NCBI RefSeq assembly: GCF_964213995.1
Contig: NC_135812.1
Coordinates: 79,670,001 to 79,734,000 of the forward strand
Origin: Mustelus asterias
Lineage: Eukaryota
Direction: 5' to 3'
DNA: 64,000 nt
This document shows positions 61,136 to 64,000 of this stretch, piece after piece. The notes beneath the pieces were generated by a model. The model saw only the letters and a list, made by a program, of their open reading frames with translations, was not told the DNA's origin and did no database searches. The position numbers were made by a program, and so were the translations under genes. Every line of letters begins with the position of its first letter. Within the stretch, counting starts at the first letter, position 1.

Positions 61136-62712
61136 AAGTTTATTTGTTAGTGTCACAAGAAGGCTTACATTAACACTGCAATGAAGTTACTGTGAAAATC
61201 CCCTAGTCGCCACACTCTGGTGCCTGTTTGAGTACACTGAGGGAAAATTTAGCATGGCCAATGCACCTAACTGGGTACACAGTAGCACAGTGGTTAGCAC
61301 TGCTGCTTCACAGCATCAAGGACCCGGGTTCAATTCTCAGCTTGGGTCACTGTGTGGAGTTTGCACGCTCTCCCTGTGTTCGTGTAATTTTCCTCTGAGT
61401 GCTCCGGTTTCCTCCCACATTCTGAAAGACGTGCTGATTAGGTGCATTGACCTGAGCAGGCGCCAGACTGTGGCAACTAGGGGAATTTCACAGTAACTTC
61501 ATTGCAGTGTTAATGTAAGCCTTACTTGTGACTAATAAATAAACTTTACTTTAACTGGCTATCTGATCGAAGACAGAGGGTGGTGGTGGATGGAAAATTT
61601 TCGGACTGGAGGCAGGTTGCTAGCGGAGTGCCACAGGGATCAGTGCTTGGTCCTCTGCTATTTGTGATTTTTATTAATGACTTAGAGGAGGGGGCTGAAG
61701 GATGGATCAGTAAATTTGCTGATGACACCAAGATTGGTGGAGTAGTGGATGAGGTGGAGGGCTGTTGTAGGCTGCAAAGAGACATAGATAGGATGCAAAG
61801 CTGGGCTGAAAAATGGCAAATGGAGTTTAACCCTGATAAATGTGAGGTGATTCATTTTGGTAGGACTAATTTAAATGTGGATTACAGCGTCAAAGGTAGG
61901 GTTCTGAAGACTGTGGAGGAACAGGGAGATCTTGGCGTCCATATCCACAGATCTCTAAAGGTTGCCACTCAAGTGGATAGAGCTGTGAAGAAGGCCTATA
62001 GTGTGTTAGCTTTTATTAACAGGGGGTTGGAGTTTAAGAGCCATGGGGTTATGCTGCAACTGTACAGGACCTTGGTGAGACCACATTTGGAATATTGTGT
62101 GCAGTTCTGGTCACCTCACTATCAGAAGGATGTGGAAGCGCTGGAAAGAGTGCAGAGGAAATTTACCAGGATGCTGCCTGGTTTGGAGGGTAAGTCTTAT
62201 GAGGAAAGGTTGAGGGAGCTAGGGCTGTTCTCTCTGGAGCAGAGGAGGCTGAGGGGAGACTTAATAGAGGTTTATAAAATGATGAAGGGGATAGATAGAG
62301 TGAACGTTCAAAGACTATTTCCTCGGGTGGATGGAGCTATTACAAGGGGGCATAACTATAGGGTTCATGGTGGGAGATATAGGAAGGATATCAGAGGTAG
62401 GTTCTTTACGCAGAGAGTGGTTGGGGTGTGGAATGGACTGCCTGCAGTGATAGTGGAGTCAGACACTTTAGGAACATTTAAGCGGTTCATGGATAGGCAC
62501 ATGGAGCACACCAGGATGATAGGGAGTGGGATAGCTTGATCTTGGTTTCAGATAAAGCTCGGCACAACATCGTGGGCCAAAGGGCCTGTTCTGTGCTGTA
62601 CTGTTCTATGTTCTATGTTCTATGTTAACCAGCACATCTTTGGGACTGTGGGAGGAAACCAGAGCACCCGGAGGAAACCCACGGAGAACAGGGAGAACGC
62701 GCAGACATGGGA
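61136..62712. mobile_element. Nested cluster: family B SINE (minus) split by CR1 (plus), with a second family B SINE (plus) at the CR1 5' junction
   Basis: Minus SINE breaks at CACCTAAC (61271) and resumes TAACCAGCAC (62626); TAACTGG duplicated at 61268-61274 and 61552-61558. Confidence 0.85.
61553..62625 (+). mobile_element. Young 5'-truncated CR1 LINE with open RT C-terminal frame
   Basis: Uninterrupted 319-aa ORF 61580-62539 (GVPQGSVLGP, FADD) and (TTCTATG)n tail. Confidence 0.95.
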
Positions 62713-63382
62713 GACATACAACATGGTGGCAACTAAAGTATGAACCATAACCTCAAAAATTCTGGAGAAGGAATCCAGAATCTCAAAGCATGAAATACTA
62801 AAGAAACTTGAGTGTGAAATGCACCTAAATTGAAGACACAGCTGGAGATTACCTAAAAAAGCCCCATTGCCAGACCTGATTGAACCCAGGGTCAAAGGAT
62901 CCAGACAGGACACAAAAGGTTAAATAAAATTCCAAAAAGAAATTAAAGGCGAAAGGACAAAAACAAAATCCACTGAGCAGCTAACGGATTCCAGTAGAGC
63001 ATGTGGAAACCATTGCAAACCTGATCGAATACAGTGTCAAAGAACCTAGCCAGATCTCAAAAGGGTGAGCAAAATTCACTTTGAGGCTGAACTAACCATT
63101 TAACAATAACCATGGCACTAACCAGCCAGAGCTTATCAATTGTTTAACCAGCACAGCTGGAAGAACACTGCAGCTGAGCCTGGAATCAATGTCATACCAC
63201 ATGGTAACCAAACTCAAATGAATACGAAGAAAATGTTTTATGACAGCAGCCAGAACAGAAGAATTGCCTTCAATTCCATTCTCTAAGCTTAAAAACAACA
63301 GTGGCTGGCCCAAAAGGCTTGTTTTTGAAGGTTTCCCGCAGAATTGAATTGAGTTGAAAGAATTGATCCTGCGATCACAAGT

Positions 63383-64000
63383 TGAAGGCATGTAAAATTG
63401 CCAGTTCCACCGCACCCCTCCCTGATGAGCTCAATGCATTCTACACCCGTTTTGAGCAAGAGGTCAGTGAGAGCATGCCCTCCACCCTGGAAGCCCTGGA
63501 TGAACGTCTTCCTGGGGTCACCATTGCAGATGTCAGAGCAGCTTTCTCGAAGGTCAACCCACGGAAAGCGACTGGCCTGGATGGGGTACCCGGATTAGCA
63601 CTCAGATCCTGCGTGGATCAGCTGGCGGGGGGTATTCGCAGACATCTTCAACCTCTCTTTACAACAATCTGAGGTCCCTATCTGCTTCAAGAAGACGACC
63701 ATCATCCCGGTACCTAAGAAAAGCCAAGCAGCATGCCTTAATGACTATCGTCCGGTGGCTCTGACATCCATCATTATGAGGTGTTTCGAAAGGCTAGTCA
63801 TGGCACAGATCAATTCCAGCCTCCCAGGCTGCCTGGATCCACTACAGTTTGCCTACCACTGCAACAGGTCCACAGCAGACGTTATCTCCCTGGCACTGCA
63901 CTCAATCCTGGAACACCTAGATAACAAAGACACCTATGTTATACTCCTATTTATTGACTACAGCTCAGCCTTCAATACCATTATTCCTATGAAACTCATC
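63383..64000 (+). mobile_element. Rex1/Babar LINE RT region, runs off the window
   Basis: LPDELNAFYTRFE, KATGLDGVPG..CVDQLA, then after a frameshift [43 protein letters not shown]. Confidence 0.9.

Noticed and set aside
61272-62625. SINE-CR1 template-switch chimera
   Set aside because: TAACTGG is duplicated on both sides of the SINE, showing a separate later insertion.

Overview
Eukaryotic, repeat-dense vertebrate genomic DNA, very likely a shark (HE1-type/V-domain SINEs, Deu-domain SINE relics, CR1 LINEs with TTCTATG tails, Penelope-like elements); the taxon is inferred from repeat content only. One host gene can be assembled on the + strand: a four-exon CD7-like Ig-superfamily receptor (leader 11334-11391, germline-joined VJ exon 28830-29168, stalk/TM exon 32576-32718, candidate tail exon from 35160). 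The candidate tail carries an ITIM-like SLYDDL where mammalian CD7 has YEDM, and it has a 1-nt frame problem. Intron 1 (17.4 kb) holds a decayed antisense endogenous retrovirus (15543-22388) with about 0.9 kb LTRs, a 5-bp TSD ATGAT, a tRNA-Ser PBS, class III-like integrase motifs, a gamma-type env and a possible accessory ORF. Three Penelope-like insertions carry five minimal hammerhead ribozyme motifs; one insertion is little more than the ribozyme plus the 3' tail. The rest is CR1, Rex1, L2 and Gypsy relics, two solo LTRs, GC-rich PIF/Harbinger-type MITEs and several SINE families. Almost all short ORFs in the track are repeat-derived. All alignments were done by eye; repeat boundaries are approximate unless a TSD is given.
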